NCBI GenBank assembly: GCA_036398815.1
Contig: DASWOH010000157.1
Location: forward strand, 7,072 to 71,071
Direction of reading: 5' to 3'
Length of the DNA stretch: 64,000 nt
Source of the DNA: Rhizobium sp.
Lineage (GTDB): Bacteria > Pseudomonadota > Alphaproteobacteria > Rhizobiales > Rhizobiaceae
This document shows, in pieces, positions 9,575 to 18,995 of the stretch. A program made the position numbers and the translations under genes. Positions within the stretch are counted from its first letter, which is position 1; each line of letters starts with the position of its first letter. The notes beneath the pieces are model-generated. The model did no database searches, was not told the origin of the DNA, and worked only from the letters and a program-made list of their open reading frames with translations.

Positions 9575-10531
9575 ATGCAAACACAGCGCGACTTTGACCT
9601 CGCAGATCTCGACGCCTTTATCGCTGTTTGCGAAACGGGCAGCATGACGGAGGCTGCCCGCAGGCTCGGCCTGACGGAGTCGGCGGTCTCCCACCTTGTC
9701 CGGCGCATGGAAAAGCGGATGAGCGTGACACTCTTCGACCGCTCCGTTCGGCCGTTGAAGCCGACTGTGCTGGGGACACAGCTCTTCAATCGGGGGCAGC
9801 AACTGCTCCAGGACGCAACGGGCATCAATCAGGAACTGAGGACGAAGGGACGGGTCAGGCATGCCCATCTCGGCATCGGCCTGATCGAAACTCTAGGCAC
9901 TTGGTTCGCAACAAACCTTGTCGAGCAACTGGCCGCGAACTCGCGCTCGTGGACGATCGTCAGCGGCAATAATGCGGAGCTCTGGGAACGCTTCTATGCG
10001 CGCGAGCTTTCAGCGCTTGTCGTGCTCGAAGACGACGAGCGGCGGGAAGGCGCCACCAAGTTCCCGCTGCTAACGGAATCGGTGGTGCTGATAACGCCGC
10101 CCCTGCTCAGCCACCTTTCCCTCGTCGAACTTGCCAACGGCGTGCCGATGGTCGGCGCTCACAAGGAATCGGGTTTCGGACGGCTTACCGCAGCCTACCT
10201 GTCGCGCCTCAAGATCGACATCACTCCCGCAGCAACCTTCGGCAGCCTCGATGCCGTCCTGATGATGGTCGCGCATGGTTTCGGTTGGGCCTTGGCACCA
10301 TCCCTTCTGCTACTAAGGGAGGCACCGGAACGGCATCAAGTCAACATCAGGCCGCTGGAGAAATCCGCAATCTCGCGTCAGATCACCCTAGTCACGCGAC
10401 AATATGAGCTCGGTGCCTTAGCCGACCTCATTAGGACCAGTGCTCGAAAGGTGTTCGAGGGACATCTATTGAGGACCCGCCATCAGCATCCTGAGCTATA
10501 CGCAAAACTGAGCTTCAACTTTGCCGATTAG
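9575..10531 (+). CDS. LysR-family transcriptional regulator, divergent from the ureohydrolase operon
   Basis: LDAFIAVCETGSMTEAARRLGLTESAVSHLVRRMEKRMSVTLFDR HTH; start re-called at ATG 9575. Confidence 0.92.
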   Translation: MQTQRDFDLADLDAFIAVCETGSMTEAARRLGLTESAVSHLVRRMEKRMSVTLFDRSVRPLKPTVLGTQLFNRGQQLLQDATGINQELRTKGRVRHAHLGIGLIETLGTWFATNLVEQLAANSRSWTIVSGNNAELWERFYARELSALVVLEDDERREGATKFPLLTESVVLITPPLLSHLSLVELANGVPMVGAHKESGFGRLTAAYLSRLKIDITPAATFGSLDAVLMMVAHGFGWALAPSLLLLREAPERHQVNIRPLEKSAISRQITLVTRQYELGALADLIRTSARKVFEGHLLRTRHQHPELYAKLSFNFAD

Positions 10532-10687
10532 GATGCGCTCTTTTTACTCTATGACGCATTTGAGAGGATACGAACCTGCAACATCTCCCTCTCACATATG
10601 CGATCCTCCTAAGCTACGGGAAATTTTAGCCTCTGAGGTGTAACACCAATTACGGAGCTTACTCCCACTGGGTTGTCCGGACAGCGA

Positions 10688-11105
10688 TCAGAACGCAAAT
10701 TGGATTTTCATGGATTTGCTGCGGACCCCTGCTGCCTCAAAGGCAATGACGGCATCATCGATTGAAAAGACGCCGATCAACAACGGCTTGAGATCGACAC
10801 GGCGGTTGTTAATGAGATCGACGACGAGACCGAATTCCTCGTGGAAGCGGAAGGTCCCCTTCATCTCGATCTCCTTCGCCACAACTATTTATTGAGGAAT
10901 GGAGATGTCGCCGCCGAGATCGAGCTGAATGCACGGCACTCTCATTGCCCGAAGCTTCGAGTAGCAATGATCGCCAGAGCTCCAATCGGGCCGCAGCCAG
11001 TGACGAGTAGCCTTTTACCAGGGTCCGGCAGGGGTTCACCGCATGCAGCGTCATGGCGAAGGGCTCGGCATCGCCGCTTCGTCGATCGACACGCCTTCGA
11101 CGGCC
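10688..11105 (-). pseudogene. Degraded L-idonate 5-dehydrogenase-like Zn-dependent dehydrogenase (3' half only)
   Basis: Fragments across frames: VSIDEAAM/EPFAMTLHAVN, GKRLLVTGCGPIGALAIIA, EASGNESAV, LGGDISIP*, AKEIEMKGTFRFHEEF...SMKIQFAF; frameshifts, a stop and internal deletions. Confidence 0.8.
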
Positions 11106-12398
11106 TCAGGTACGCAAAGGTCGCTCCAGTTGCAGGCGATCTCGTAGCGTCCCCCCTTCGTAAGAGGTGCGAAACAGTCCTCTTTCCTGGAGAATCGGCA
11201 CGACCATATCGACGAAATCGATGAGGCCTTCCGGAAAGTGAGAGGGCATGACATTGAAGCCATCGGCCGCGCCTGTCGTGAACCAAGTCTCCAGCGTGTT
11301 CGCAATGTATTCGGGCGTGCCGCAAAGGACCCAGTGGCCGCGCGCGGCCGCCACCAGATTGTAGAGATCGCGCAGCCGCATATTCTCACGCTTTGCCTTT
11401 TCCAGCATCACTCGCGCAAAGGCATGGTAGTTGTCGGAGGGCTTGAGGTCCGGCAGCGGGCCGTCAAGATCGTAAAGGCTCATATCGACTCCGAAGCGAT
11501 CGGACAGCAGTGCCAAAGCATTGCTCTCGCTGACGAAGCCCTGCAACTGCGCCAGCTTGTCATGCGCGTCTCGTTCGGTGCGACCGACGATCGGCATGAC
11601 GCCCGGCAACACGACCATGGAGTCCTCGCTGCGCCCGTATTTTGCGAGGCGGCCCTTAACTGATGCGTAAAACGCTCGTGCCTCGCCAATGTCCTGCGTC
11701 ACCGAAAAGACGACATCGGCGGATTTGGCTGCAAGTTCCTGGCCCGGCTCTGACCCGCCAGCCTGTAGGACGATCGGCTGGCCCTGCGGCGAGCGGCCGA
11801 TGTTGAGTGGCCCTCTCACCTGGAAATGCGGGCCCTGATGATCGAGGGCACGTACCTTGGAAGTGTCGATATAGACCCCGCTTTCGCGGTCGGCGATGAT
11901 GGCATCGTCCGCCCAGCAGTCCCACAAGCCGCGCACCACGGTCAGGAATTCCTCGGCGATTTCGTAGCGCTTGGTGTGATCCGGATGGGCGATGGAGAAA
12001 TTCGCCGCAGTCTGCGGATTGGCGGTAGTGACCGCGTTCCAAGCAGCTCGACCTCCGCTCAGATGGTCGAGAGAGGCGAAGGCCCGGGCGACCGTGAAGG
12101 GATCACTGTAGGTCGTCGAAGCAGTGGCACCGAGACCGATATGTTTGGTGGCGCCGGCGATGGCGGCGAGCAAGGTGAGAGGCTCGAGCCGGGCCGTATA
12201 GGAAGGATGGGCTTTCGGATCGGCATAGAGATTGTCGCCCATGAAAATGAGGTCGAACAATCCCCTCTCCGCCTCGACCGCGATCCGACGCACCATGTCG
12301 ATGTCCTGAAAGCTGTCCATGGCACCCGGCATGCGCCAGCCGGCAACATGGCTTCCGGTACCCAGGATGAACAGGCCGAAGTGGATCTTACGAGTCAT
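11106..12398 (-). CDS. LLM-class flavin-dependent monooxygenase (NtaA/DmoA/SnaA family)
   Basis: AERGLFDLIFMGD, LEPLTLL, ASLDHLSGGRAAWNAVT, PQGQPIVLQAGGS, GAADGFN. Confidence 0.93.
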   Translation of the reverse strand: MTRKIHFGLFILGTGSHVAGWRMPGAMDSFQDIDMVRRIAVEAERGLFDLIFMGDNLYADPKAHPSYTARLEPLTLLAAIAGATKHIGLGATASTTYSDPFTVARAFASLDHLSGGRAAWNAVTTANPQTAANFSIAHPDHTKRYEIAEEFLTVVRGLWDCWADDAIIADRESGVYIDTSKVRALDHQGPHFQVRGPLNIGRSPQGQPIVLQAGGSEPGQELAAKSADVVFSVTQDIGEARAFYASVKGRLAKYGRSEDSMVVLPGVMPIVGRTERDAHDKLAQLQGFVSESNALALLSDRFGVDMSLYDLDGPLPDLKPSDNYHAFARVMLEKAKRENMRLRDLYNLVAAARGHWVLCGTPEYIANTLETWFTTGAADGFNVMPSHFPEGLIDFVDMVVPILQERGLFRTSYEGGTLRDRLQLERPLRT

Positions 12399-12407
12399 GA
12401 GGGAAGC

Positions 12408-13169
12408 TCATTTCCAGAAAATATATCGGTGCTCGACGAGACCGATGAGACCGAAGAAGACAAGGCTGATCGCCGAAGCGACGATGATGGCGCCCCAGAC
12501 CTGAACGAAGTCGATCTGCAGCACGGCCTGGTAGATTACCCAGCCGAGACCGCCATAGGCGCCGAGCATTTCGGTGACGATTGCGACCAGCACGCTGCGC
12601 ACGGTCGAGACACGCATGCCGGCAATGATCAGCGGCAGGGCCGTCGGCAACCGCAAGCGCCAGAGAACAGCAAGCCGCGAGGCGCCGAAGGAGCGGATGA
12701 GATCGACGGACCGACGATCGACACGGTCGAGGCCGGCGATCGTGCTGAGGAAGATCGTGAAGCTGACGGCAATAGCCACCATGACGATCTTCGACGCCAT
12801 GCCGACGCCGAACCAGAGGAGAACCAGCGGTGAATAGGCGACGACCGGGACCGAATTGATCGCGGTCGCAATGGGCACCACCACGCTTCTGGCGCCGGGC
12901 AGCATGGTAGCCACAAGTGCTGCGGTCATGCCGATGAGGCAGCCGAGAACATACCCGGCCAGGGCTTCCCATCCGGTCAAGCGGGCCGCTTCCGTCAGTA
13001 TGCCGGCATTTCTCACGATGCCGGAGATAATGCTGGAGACCGATGGCAAGACATAGGCCGGCAGGTTGAAACCGCGGGCCGACAGTTCCCATATGACGGC
13101 GACAAGCACCGCGCCGGCGATACCGCGCGCGATCTGACGGCTGCTCTTGATTGTCGCAGCAGCGCTCAT
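12408..13169 (-). CDS. NitT/TauT-family ABC transporter permease
   Basis: Hydrophobic protein, LPSVS, SFGASRLAVLWRLRLPTALP, AIVTEM. Confidence 0.9.
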   Translation of the reverse strand: MSAAATIKSSRQIARGIAGAVLVAVIWELSARGFNLPAYVLPSVSSIISGIVRNAGILTEAARLTGWEALAGYVLGCLIGMTAALVATMLPGARSVVVPIATAINSVPVVAYSPLVLLWFGVGMASKIVMVAIAVSFTIFLSTIAGLDRVDRRSVDLIRSFGASRLAVLWRLRLPTALPLIIAGMRVSTVRSVLVAIVTEMLGAYGGLGWVIYQAVLQIDFVQVWGAIIVASAISLVFFGLIGLVEHRYIFWK

Positions 13170-13963
13170 TGTTCATTTCCCCAAAAGACGATTCGGCGCT
13201 CCGCATAGGCAACGACCGTATAAAGGGCCATACCGAGAGCGGCCGACATGACGATGGTGGCCCAGATGCCGACGACGTTTTCGTTATACATGGCCTGGAG
13301 CAGCAGAACGCCGAGACCGGTTGTATCGCCGAACCATTCACCGACGATCGCACCGACCAGCGCCAACGACGAGGCAAGCCTTAGCGCGACGAAGAGTTGC
13401 GGAAGGGCGGCCGGAAGGTAGATCCTGCGCAGGATCTGACCATCCTTCGCGCCGAAACTGCGCATCAGGACGATCTGCCGGGAATCGACCGCCGAAAAGC
13501 CAAGCATGGTGTTGACCGTTACCGGCAGGAAGCTGACGTAAAACGCGATTACGGCCTTCGCAAACAGCGTGTTGCCGAACCAGAGAACGACGACCGCGCC
13601 GAAGGCAATCACCGGTATGGTCTGCGATACGATGAAAAGCGGGAAGAACAAGTCCTTCAGCATCGCCCAGCGATGAAAGACGATCGCGACGAGCACACCG
13701 AACAGGCTGCCGGCCACGAAGCCCAGCGCCGTCTCCAGAAATGTCCGCCACAGGCCGGCCAGATAGGCCTGCGGAGCCATTGCGATCGCAGTCACGATTG
13801 CGCTGGGCCGCGGCAGGTAATAGGGGCGGATACCAAAGGCCAGGATGATGACCTCAATAACCAGCAGCAATACGACCACAGCCAGCACTGTCTTCGCGGC
13901 GCGGACGAGACCGCCCGTCTTGGCGACGGGCGGTGCTGCATTTTGCGTGGCGGAGAGGCTCAC
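13166..13963 (-). CDS. NitT/TauT-family ABC transporter permease
   Basis: LPRPS, QTIPVIAF, LPAALPQLF, GAIVGEW. Confidence 0.9.
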   Translation of the reverse strand: MSLSATQNAAPPVAKTGGLVRAAKTVLAVVVLLLVIEVIILAFGIRPYYLPRPSAIVTAIAMAPQAYLAGLWRTFLETALGFVAGSLFGVLVAIVFHRWAMLKDLFFPLFIVSQTIPVIAFGAVVVLWFGNTLFAKAVIAFYVSFLPVTVNTMLGFSAVDSRQIVLMRSFGAKDGQILRRIYLPAALPQLFVALRLASSLALVGAIVGEWFGDTTGLGVLLLQAMYNENVVGIWATIVMSAALGMALYTVVAYAERRIVFWGNEQ

Positions 13964-14970
13964 AGGCGCCGGTCCGCAACGGGAATCTTATCGAGGAAGC
14001 TCGCATTGAAGGCGGCGTCAAGGTCGACGGGTTTCGAGATCACCTTGTACTGTGCAAGCAGATCATTGGCCGAACCGACGGCCTTCTTGTCGATCGTGAA
14101 GATGCCGTCTTCGGATGCCTTGCCGGCGATCATCAGCTTCTTGACTTCGCCCAGCATGAATTCCTGCTGGGCGCGGTCGAGCGTCGGCGCAATATTCATG
14201 ATGATATCGATCGCTTCCTTCTCGTTGGCGAAGGCTTCCTTCCAGCCCTTGATGCTGGCGCGAAGGAATTTCTCGACCAGTTCCGGCTTCTCCTTGATCG
14301 TCTGTTCGGAGGTGATCAGGGTGTCGCGCGGAAAGGAGACGCCACTGTCTTCGGGCACGAAGAGCTTCAGGTTGTCGGCACCGACGCGCTGGTTGATGAC
14401 GTAGAGTTCGTTGTAGCGGGTCGCGGTGACGACATCTATCTGCTTGTCGACGAAAGGCGTGACGGAAACCTGCTGCGGCTGAATGGTCACTTCGGACGGG
14501 CTCACGCCGACTTTCGAAAGCATGGCCGAAAGAACATGGTTGGCGCCGGTGAACCAGGTCGTGACCGTCTCGCCCTTGAAGTCGGCAACCGTTTTGACCG
14601 GGCCGTCCTTGTGGGCAACAAAGACGAACGGCGTCAACTGGTGGGCAACGCCGATGCAGACGACCGGCAGCCCCTTGTCGCGCGCGGCAAACACGCTGTC
14701 GGTGCCTCCAGAAAGGCCGAAGGTGTCGGCGCCGGTGGCGACGAGGTTCTCGGTCAGGAGATTTGGGCCACCTGGATTGATGGTGAGATCAATTCCCTCG
14801 TCCTTGTAATAGCCCTTTTCCTTGGCGACATAGAAGCCAGCAAACTGGGCCTGAGTCAGCCACTTTAGGCGAAGACTAGCCCTTTGAAGATCCTGGGCGA
14901 AGACCGGCGTCGCGGCAATACCAAGGGTCAAAGCCGCAAAAGCAGCCATCACATTGCGTCTGTTCAGCAT
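13960..14970 (-). CDS. NMT1/THI5-like ABC substrate-binding protein
   Basis: LKWLTQAQFAGFYVAKEKGYYKDEGIDLTINPGGP; N-terminal export signal. Confidence 0.9.
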   Translation of the reverse strand: MLNRRNVMAAFAALTLGIAATPVFAQDLQRASLRLKWLTQAQFAGFYVAKEKGYYKDEGIDLTINPGGPNLLTENLVATGADTFGLSGGTDSVFAARDKGLPVVCIGVAHQLTPFVFVAHKDGPVKTVADFKGETVTTWFTGANHVLSAMLSKVGVSPSEVTIQPQQVSVTPFVDKQIDVVTATRYNELYVINQRVGADNLKLFVPEDSGVSFPRDTLITSEQTIKEKPELVEKFLRASIKGWKEAFANEKEAIDIIMNIAPTLDRAQQEFMLGEVKKLMIAGKASEDGIFTIDKKAVGSANDLLAQYKVISKPVDLDAAFNASFLDKIPVADRRL

Positions 14971-15017
14971 GGAGCCTCTCTATTGGTTATCGTTGTTATT
15001 CTCGCTCTCCGCCCAGT

Positions 15018-15797
15018 TTATTGACGGTAGTTCGATCCTTCCCTGTCCAGTTGACGCAGGAAGGCCGGCCACTCCCGTTCGCCGGCAATCAGAATGTCCC
15101 CCTTGCTTTCCCAAAATTGCCGCGCAGCCTTTTCGCACACCTCGTGCGGCGGAACGACGAGTTCTGCGCCGGATGCGGTGGAGGCCTGCAGATCAAGCTG
15201 GATGCGGGCAGCGCGTTCGAAATAGTAGAGCAGCATGAACGCTTCGCCCGGCGTGCGGCCAACCGTCAGGATGCCATGATTGCGCATCAGCATGACTCGG
15301 TTGTCACCCAGGTGGTTGATGATCCGTTCCTGCTCTTCGAGAGCGATCGCCACACCCTCATAGCCATGAAAGGCCTGGCGCTGGTAAAAGCGCATAGCGA
15401 ACTGGCTAAGCGGCAAAAGCCCGTCTTTCTGGCAGGAGACTGCAACGCTAGCGTCCGAATGCGTGTGCAGCACGCAGGCGGCGTCATGGCTCGACTTGTG
15501 GATGGCGCCATGGATGACGAAGGCGGCCTTGTTCACCGAATAGGGTGTATCGTCCAGCTTGTTGCCCTCGGTGTCGATCCGCACCAGGCTGGATGCGGTG
15601 ATTTCCTCGAACAGGAAGCCGTAGGGGTTTAGGAGGAATTGGTCGTCATGGCCCGGAACCCGCATGGAAATATGGTTGTAGATGAGGTCGTCCATGCCAA
15701 GACGCGCCACCATGCGGTAGCATGCGGCAAGATCAACGCGGGCCTTCCATTCTGCTTCGGGAATATGGGTCGGGCGGTTCGAATAATGTTCGGTCAT
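15018..15797 (-). CDS. Class II aldolase/adducin family protein
   Basis: RVDLAACYR, IYNHIS, LNPYGFLFEEITASSL, IHGAIH, VLHTHS, MRNHG. Confidence 0.92.
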   Translation of the reverse strand: MTEHYSNRPTHIPEAEWKARVDLAACYRMVARLGMDDLIYNHISMRVPGHDDQFLLNPYGFLFEEITASSLVRIDTEGNKLDDTPYSVNKAAFVIHGAIHKSSHDAACVLHTHSDASVAVSCQKDGLLPLSQFAMRFYQRQAFHGYEGVAIALEEQERIINHLGDNRVMLMRNHGILTVGRTPGEAFMLLYYFERAARIQLDLQASTASGAELVVPPHEVCEKAARQFWESKGDILIAGEREWPAFLRQLDREGSNYRQ

Positions 15798-15920
15798 CCT
15801 CAATCCTTGTCTGCGAGAGCCGCGCATCCCAACGGACACGCAAAAAGGCGCTCAACTCATTGCATCCGGGCATCATGCCCCGCGCGGACCGGCGCGACGC
15901 GCCGACAGTTCGTTGTCATT

Positions 15921-16841
15921 TCAGTGTCCGGCAACCATGAAGGACTTCATGCTTTCCTCCTCGATCGCCTCGAGCAGGGTCTTCTTCAGCGCGATGAATT
16001 CCGGGGCAGTGACGATATCGGCCTTGCGCGGACGCGGCAGGTTGACGGGTTGTTCGAGCTTTACCCGGCCGGGGCGCGCCGTCATCACCAGCACTCGGTC
16101 GCCGAGGAAGATCGCCTCATCCACATCATGAGTGATGAAGAGCACGGTGCGTTTGTGCTTCTGCCAGACATCGAGCAGCCAGCGCTGCATCATCGTGCGC
16201 GTCAGCGCATCGAGCGCGCCGAACGGTTCGTCGAGCAGCATCAGATCGCGCTTGAACAGGAAGGTCCGCATCAGCGCAACGCGCTGGCGCATGCCGCCGG
16301 ACAGTTGGTTGGGATACTGGTTTTCGAAGCCCGCCAGACCGAACTCCGGCAGCATTTCCAGCGCCTGCCTGCGCGCCTCGGCCCGCGGCATGCCCTCGAC
16401 CTCAAGCGCCAGGATGGCGTTGTCGATGACATTGCGCCAGGGCAGCAGCAAGTCGCGCTGCGGCATGAAGGAAACCTGACCGAGCAGGTCCGACGCCACG
16501 GAGCTCTGCCCCTTGAAGCGCAGCACATTGCCGGCATCGGGCTCTTCCAGGCCCGCGAGAATGTTGAAAAGCGTACTCTTGCCGCAGCCGGACGGACCAA
16601 CGACCGTCACCAGTTCGCCCGGCTGGATCGAAACCTGCAGGTCCTGCAGCGCCTTCACATTGCCGAAAGTCTTGGAGACATTGCGCATGTCGATCAGCGG
16701 CTTGCCTTCCTCCAGCGGTTCAGCCTTGTGGAGCGCCGTCGGCGTGCCCTTGGTCTGGGATAGCCGCAGCAGATCAACCAATCCCATCGCGCCCGCCGAA
16801 CCGCTGCTGCCCGCACCGCAATTGTCAAAGGTGATTGTCAT
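15921..16841 (-). CDS. NitT/TauT-family ABC transporter ATPase
   Basis: GPSGCGKST, LSGGMRQR, LLDEPFGALD, ITHDVDEA; AGGAG RBS before ATG 16841. Confidence 0.92.
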   Translation of the reverse strand: MTITFDNCGAGSSGSAGAMGLVDLLRLSQTKGTPTALHKAEPLEEGKPLIDMRNVSKTFGNVKALQDLQVSIQPGELVTVVGPSGCGKSTLFNILAGLEEPDAGNVLRFKGQSSVASDLLGQVSFMPQRDLLLPWRNVIDNAILALEVEGMPRAEARRQALEMLPEFGLAGFENQYPNQLSGGMRQRVALMRTFLFKRDLMLLDEPFGALDALTRTMMQRWLLDVWQKHKRTVLFITHDVDEAIFLGDRVLVMTARPGRVKLEQPVNLPRPRKADIVTAPEFIALKKTLLEAIEEESMKSFMVAGH

Positions 16842-16884
16842 TTTGATGCTCCTGCGTATGCAGTTATCGTTCAAAAGGATGCAA

Positions 16885-16900
16885 GCAAGCGGCGTGCCAA
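16885..16900 (-). promoter_or_regulatory. Sigma-54 (-24/-12) promoter
   Basis: Minus strand TTGGCACGCCGCTTGC matches TGGCAC-N5-TTGC, 44 nt upstream of the ATPase start. Confidence 0.82.
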
Positions 16901-16989
16901 GTCGGAATCCAGTACAGCTTTAGCTTTTTTCGCCAGACGTCGCCTTTCTCCAAGACAAAAGAGGGTGGTGAACGTGATATTCACCCTTT

Positions 16990-17018
16990 TGGATACGAAA
17001 TAATATTTTTTGCATTCT
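16990..17018. promoter_or_regulatory. Candidate GntR/FadR operator pair (TGGATACG / TGCATTCT, 21-bp spacing)
   Basis: Same motif and spacing as the pairs at 23100, 23298 and 28483. Confidence 0.55.
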
Positions 17019-17043
17019 CAAATACGTTTTTGGTGCGCAAAAT

Positions 17044-17060
17044 TGCATCCCTCATTGGCA
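17044..17060. promoter_or_regulatory. Candidate NtrC-type enhancer site
   Basis: TGCATCCCTCATTGGCA fits TGC-N11-GCA, ~150 bp upstream of the sigma-54 promoter. Confidence 0.4.
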
Positions 17061-17122
17061 TCGCCTGATAGAAAATAAGGCAGCCCGGCACGCCATTGTC
17101 GGCCGTGGACTTACAGACCCTT

Positions 17123-18061
17123 TCAGGAGAGGGCCTGCTTCAACATTCTGAAGAAACCGTCATTCGAGGCCTCTTCGATGACGCGGGCATTGACCTTGTA
17201 TTCCGGCCAGCGATTGCCAAGCACGGGCGGATGAACCGCAGAAAATCCGCGCGTGATTTCGCCGGCGGTCTCAATCCTGACAACCGCGTCACGCGCCTTC
17301 ATTATCAGGGCCGGATTCAGCGCGCAGGCGCAAGTCAGGGAATCCGGATGCGTGCTCATCGGTCGGCCGTAACGGGCCTCCGCTGTCTGCCGCGGAACCG
17401 CCGAAACCTTGCTGTAGAATTCCGAGAGGGGCGTGTTCATCGCGAAGATCTCGTTCAACTGGTCACCTTCGAACACGCTTGAGCGCAGCGTCAGCGTCCA
17501 GGTGGACAGCGTAATGTTGAAGCCCGCCTCGAAGACGATCTTTGCCGCCTCGGGGTCGATGAAGAAATTATACTCTGCGCAAGGAGTGATGTTGCCGACC
17601 GAATTGTCGGTCCCCCCCATGATCCACAGATGACGCACCGCTTTGGCAATCCGCGGCTCCTTCATCACGGCAAGGGCGATATTGGTCAGCGGCGCCTGTG
17701 CCAGAATATCGATCTCACCGGGCTCGGCCATGACGCGCTCGATGATGGCGTCGACGGCGTGCTGCGTTTCCGGGCGCTGTCTGGCGAGCGGCAGGTTTGC
17801 GCCGCTCATCCCGTCATTGCCGTGCATGGTCGAGGCTTCCCACGGCTTGACCATGGGCCGCCTTGCGCCGCAATAGACCGGAACCTTGCCGGAGAATCCC
17901 GCCGCCTCAATCGTCGCCAGCGCGTTTTCGACCTGCTGGTCGAAGGGAACATTGCCGACGCAAATGGTAACGGCCTCAAGCGTGGAGCCTGGGGTCCGCA
18001 TCGCAAGCAGGAGCGAATAGGTATCGTCTCCTGCGGTGTCTGTGTCGATGATCAGCCGCAT
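17123..18061 (-). CDS. Nucleoside hydrolase (IUNH family)
   Basis: N-terminal DTDTAGDD Asp cluster, HGNDG, PLTNIA, AEYNFFIDPEAA, HPD. Confidence 0.93.
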   Translation of the reverse strand: MRLIIDTDTAGDDTYSLLLAMRTPGSTLEAVTICVGNVPFDQQVENALATIEAAGFSGKVPVYCGARRPMVKPWEASTMHGNDGMSGANLPLARQRPETQHAVDAIIERVMAEPGEIDILAQAPLTNIALAVMKEPRIAKAVRHLWIMGGTDNSVGNITPCAEYNFFIDPEAAKIVFEAGFNITLSTWTLTLRSSVFEGDQLNEIFAMNTPLSEFYSKVSAVPRQTAEARYGRPMSTHPDSLTCACALNPALIMKARDAVVRIETAGEITRGFSAVHPPVLGNRWPEYKVNARVIEEASNDGFFRMLKQALS

Positions 18062-18062
18062 T

Positions 18063-18995
18063 TCAATAGAACTCGAAGCCCATGGTGCGGGCGTGGTAGT
18101 GGAGGCCTCCGTCCTGCACGATCAGGAATTCGGCGCGTGTATCGCCGTCGTTGTGGTGGCTATGCTTTGCCGCCGGTGGCGTCACGAGCGTTGCCCAGGG
18201 AGACCAGTCGCATTTCGCATCGGCAACCATGGAATAGGCTGGATCGCCGGCAACCACGAGCGTGATGGCAGCGGAATTGTGCTTGTGCGGCGGTTGGAAG
18301 CTCTTCGGCTTCAGCGTGTTCAGTGACAGCGTCATGGTCGGGGTGATGTTGCGGGACGCCTCGGTCTCTTCCGCGGAGAAGATCAGCGCATGGCCGGAGG
18401 TGCTGGCATTGGCGTTGGAGCCATAGACGACATCCAGCTGATGGACGATCTCGTCGGCCGGATAGTGGACGAAGCAGACGGCCGCCTCCTCGCCGGTAAT
18501 CGGCGCGGACGTATCGAATTTCAGCTGCGGATCGTTGCCGACCGCCCAGAACAGGCTGTCTTCGCTGGCGGTGATCTTGGCCGGCACGCCGCCCGGCAGC
18601 AGGAAGACATCAGCCTTGCCGAGCTTGGCGCCTTCTTCGCCAACCGAAAGTTCCGCCTCGCCGCCGATCATGTACCAGATCGAGGCCGTGTTGATAAGCG
18701 TGGCGTCGAGCGTTTCGCCGGCCTTGACGACGGCATAGCGGGCGAGCATCAGCGGCGTGGTCGCCGGGAATGCACATTTCATCTCACCCGAGAGGTCGCA
18801 ATCGATGAAGCCGGTCGCCTGCATCTGCAATGCCTTGGCCGGCTCGTCGGTGAAGATCTTGCCAGGGACCGGGGGAAGCTTGATGTTGAAGGCGTTGCCG
18901 GAATTGAAGTAGCGGCTCCGTGCTTCCGCTTCCGTTGCCGGGCTGCGCGGAAGTTGGACCGGCATTTCGGCCATGTCGTGGGCAGTGCTCATCAT
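18063..18995 (-). CDS. Bicupin protein, putative ring-cleavage dioxygenase (gentisate 1,2-dioxygenase-like)
   Basis: QPPHKHNS and TPPAAKHSHHN...VQDGGL metal-binding cupin motifs in the C-terminal domain. Confidence 0.75.
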   Translation of the reverse strand: MMSTAHDMAEMPVQLPRSPATEAEARSRYFNSGNAFNIKLPPVPGKIFTDEPAKALQMQATGFIDCDLSGEMKCAFPATTPLMLARYAVVKAGETLDATLINTASIWYMIGGEAELSVGEEGAKLGKADVFLLPGGVPAKITASEDSLFWAVGNDPQLKFDTSAPITGEEAAVCFVHYPADEIVHQLDVVYGSNANASTSGHALIFSAEETEASRNITPTMTLSLNTLKPKSFQPPHKHNSAAITLVVAGDPAYSMVADAKCDWSPWATLVTPPAAKHSHHNDGDTRAEFLIVQDGGLHYHARTMGFEFY

